From a virus: a DNA stretch of 64,000 nt. The DNA is taken from IMG/VR virus record IMGVR_UViG_3300021958_000038; one strand, 5' to 3'. The notes beneath the pieces were generated by a model. It did no database searches. It had not been told where the DNA came from and saw nothing but the letters and a program-made list of their open reading frames with translations. The position numbers and the translations under genes are program-made. How positions within the stretch are numbered: position 1 is the stretch's first letter; every line of letters starts with the position of its first letter. Of this stretch, positions 62,901 to 64,000 are shown in pieces.

Positions 62901-64000
62901 TCCTCCAGAGAATGAAATGGTTGGGTCGTTTACATTAAAGTCAAAGTTATTATTAGTATCATCAAAGGTTACATTAATACCACTTTCAGCATTACTTGCA
63001 ATTAAGCTTCTAGCATTTTCAAATGTTACTAGGGAACTTGTTTCAGCAGTTGTACCATCAGCAGCTAATCCTTTTACCTGCCATGCTTTTCTTGGGTCCA
63101 CTGAAACCTGTGAATGGTTCCAGAATATTTGTGGAGCAACACTATATCCAGAATGAACTGTTTGATTTTTAATTTGTAAACCTTGTGATGTGCCTCCGCC
63201 ATCTGTCTCTAGGAAATCAACACCGAATGTAGATATACCTGAAGACGAACCAGCAATTGTGAGTGTACCATTAACAGTTAATGTAGCACCACTATCAATT
63301 GTTAGTGAGCCACCACTTGGAATACTCTTATTACCTGCAATATTTTGGTCGCCTGTTGTTCTTATTACTGTTGAATCGATATCAAAGTCTATTGTTCCAT
63401 CGCTATCTTCGTAAGTTACAACTATACCATCTTCAGTATTTCCTGCAACCATAAGTCCTATGATATCTTGGATTCTTTCAGCTTTTAATGTAACATCACC
63501 GCCTGATACTGTAAAGTCTGTGCCATCAAATGTTGCTACACCAAGATTAGTTTCTGATGCTAATTCAGCTGATAGTGTAAGAGTATTAGATGCAATGGCA
63601 CCATTTAATCCTTCACCTATTTCTACCGCTAATGTTTCACCTAATGAAATTGCATCGGATGAATTACTGCCGTCGTTATCTACGGAAAATGTAATTGTTG
63701 AATTTGATAATTTATTATTTGCAATTGAGCCAGCTAACTTAGCATTAGTGATACTACCTGCTAACATTCCATTGGTAATTCCACCAGCTTTTACTCTGAG
63801 TGAGTCTGAATTAATTTCAATAGAAGAATCGTCTACGTTTACTGCAAAGCTTCTATTAGATTCTAATGTTCCACCGCCTGATAGACCATTACCTGCTGTT
63901 AATGTTAAAGCATTTAAAGCATCTAATTCGTTATTTAGATTTACTAATGTTCCTGCAATTGTGGTTGCGCCAAATGTAATAGTACCAGAAGTATAAGATT
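59970..64000 (-). CDS. Long tail fibre with S74 chaperone, 5' end beyond the window
   Basis: Frame stays open from 63767 to the window end (SYTSGTITFGATT...); C-terminal SSDVKLKDNI...[17 protein letters not shown]. Confidence 0.85.
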   Translation of the reverse strand, partial: SYTSGTITFGATTIAGTLVNLNNELDALNALTLTAGNGLSGGGTLESNRSFAVNVDDSSIEINSDSLRVKAGGITNGMLAGSITNAKLAGSIANNKLSNSTITFSVDNDGSNSSDAISLGETLAVEIGEGLNGAIASNTLTLSAELASETNLGVATFDGTDFTVSGGDVTLKAERIQDIIGLMVAGNTEDGIVVTYEDSDGTIDFDIDSTVIRTTGDQNIAGNKSIPSGGSLTIDSGATLTVNGTLTIAGSSSGISTFGVDFLETDGGGTSQGLQIKNQTVHSGYSVAPQIFWNHSQVSVDPRKAWQVKGLAADGTTAETSSLVTFENARSLIASNAESGINVTFDDTNNNFDFNVNDPTISFSGGDVSGSYTMTNLGNVSNVNLTIGTGVVENSMLAGSIANNKLSNSSITISDGSNTSPVALGGTLTIQGTSSEVTVAENAGTVTVGLPNDVTIGNDLTVTGDLIVQGDTTTLNTATLDVEDLNITVGSGASTLAATNGAGITFGASSSKPTLTWDNGNTRLTVNKRLHSSVGFTGDVVGNATTATTLATARNFSISGDITASNVSFNGSGAVVLNASIDANTVGASELKVGANGTSGQVLASDGDGTFSWVNRDNYVSWTASDGAGTPTSYTITSGDTLSFVDTSHIEPRFTADDQLLFNIVSNSIGAAQLNVSGNGTNGQALLSDGDGTMTWGTIASDNYYVTSASFNNGNGVLTLNRNGGLAAVTVDLDGRYSTTDTDTVTSIRRDNTGTYRTGNINLVGGTNVTITETSSGVFEFVSTDTNTTYSVGDGGLTQKNFTTTLKNKLDGIAANANNYSLPEATATVRGGIELFSNTDQSVAANSVSSTANRTYGIQLNSDGQAVVNVPWTDTNTNTQRAAGAGLVLNGNTLKVNLISDTAQTVAANSASSTSGRTYPVQFDSDNDLVVNVPWSDTNTDTNTVTRLKGTGGSFQSGDITIAASGSASVSQSGNTITINSTDTNTVYTHPTYTARTVNFTTTGAQVVGGITLTTDNIGSVTNAAVTPRTLTKDDIGLPNVPDGAEINQNTFAKVQSQNNGTNSTLHTADAKQDTFTINAGSGITITDTTDKITLDATIGDAFSNIRTQNSGGTLLHNNNASGSATLSIREGTDISLTQPSSGVIQVAYSGTATTNSAGTGIDINGSGQISLSNDQRKGDNIDVFVGSGNTYAQFDNTGGPGGIDRITLYLDDSADFDFYEGGTFHANGDVVAFSTSVSSDVKLKDNIQKIDGALELVDQLDGVTFTWKKDGTASAGVIAQNVEKVLPSAVREVETRDGEEINKHVDYNQLSALFIEAIKELKEENKLLRAEIESLKDINNR
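59978..59985 (-). promoter_or_regulatory. Late promoter TATAAATA (111-aa protein operon)
   Basis: Exact TATAAATA 13 nt before ATG, with AGGA RBS. Confidence 0.65.

Overview
A 64 kb, AT-rich segment of a large T4-like (Tevenvirinae-type/marine cyanomyovirus-like) myovirus genome, with essentially all real genes on the minus strand. Left to right: (1) uvsX, ribosomal protein bS21 and peroxiredoxin; (2) a DNA hypermodification/nucleotide-sugar cluster (UDP-glucose dehydrogenase, epimerase, C5-cytosine MTase-like protein, T2/T6-type hmC glycosyltransferase, dCMP deaminase, gp42-like dCMP hydroxymethylase, Nmad1-like protein); (3) accessory genes, an AEP-type primase, gp43 and hsp20; (4) a late three-gene cassette flanked by a direct repeat, then regA/62/44/45; (5) a CobS/vWA pair and two tRNAs; (6) 46/47/55/uvsW/uvsY; (7) the head/tail module 3-23-22-21-67-20-19-18, a RimK-protease fusion, and 17-16-15-14-13; (8) a fibre region. 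The standout is 45184-54597. Two long collagen-like (Gly-X-Y) fibre proteins with Lys/Thr-rich Y positions and C-terminal S74 chaperones sit directly beside a 2OG-Fe(II) oxygenase and a 629-aa three-domain protein. That protein resembles a fusion of COLGALT-type GT25, PLOD-type glycosyltransferase and PLOD-type lysyl hydroxylase, i.e. an apparent self-contained phage collagen hydroxylation/glycosylation pathway. All family assignments come from motif recognition by eye; no database searches were run. The host is uncertain (bS21, RimK and Hsp20 look proteobacterial, possibly marine gammaproteobacterial).
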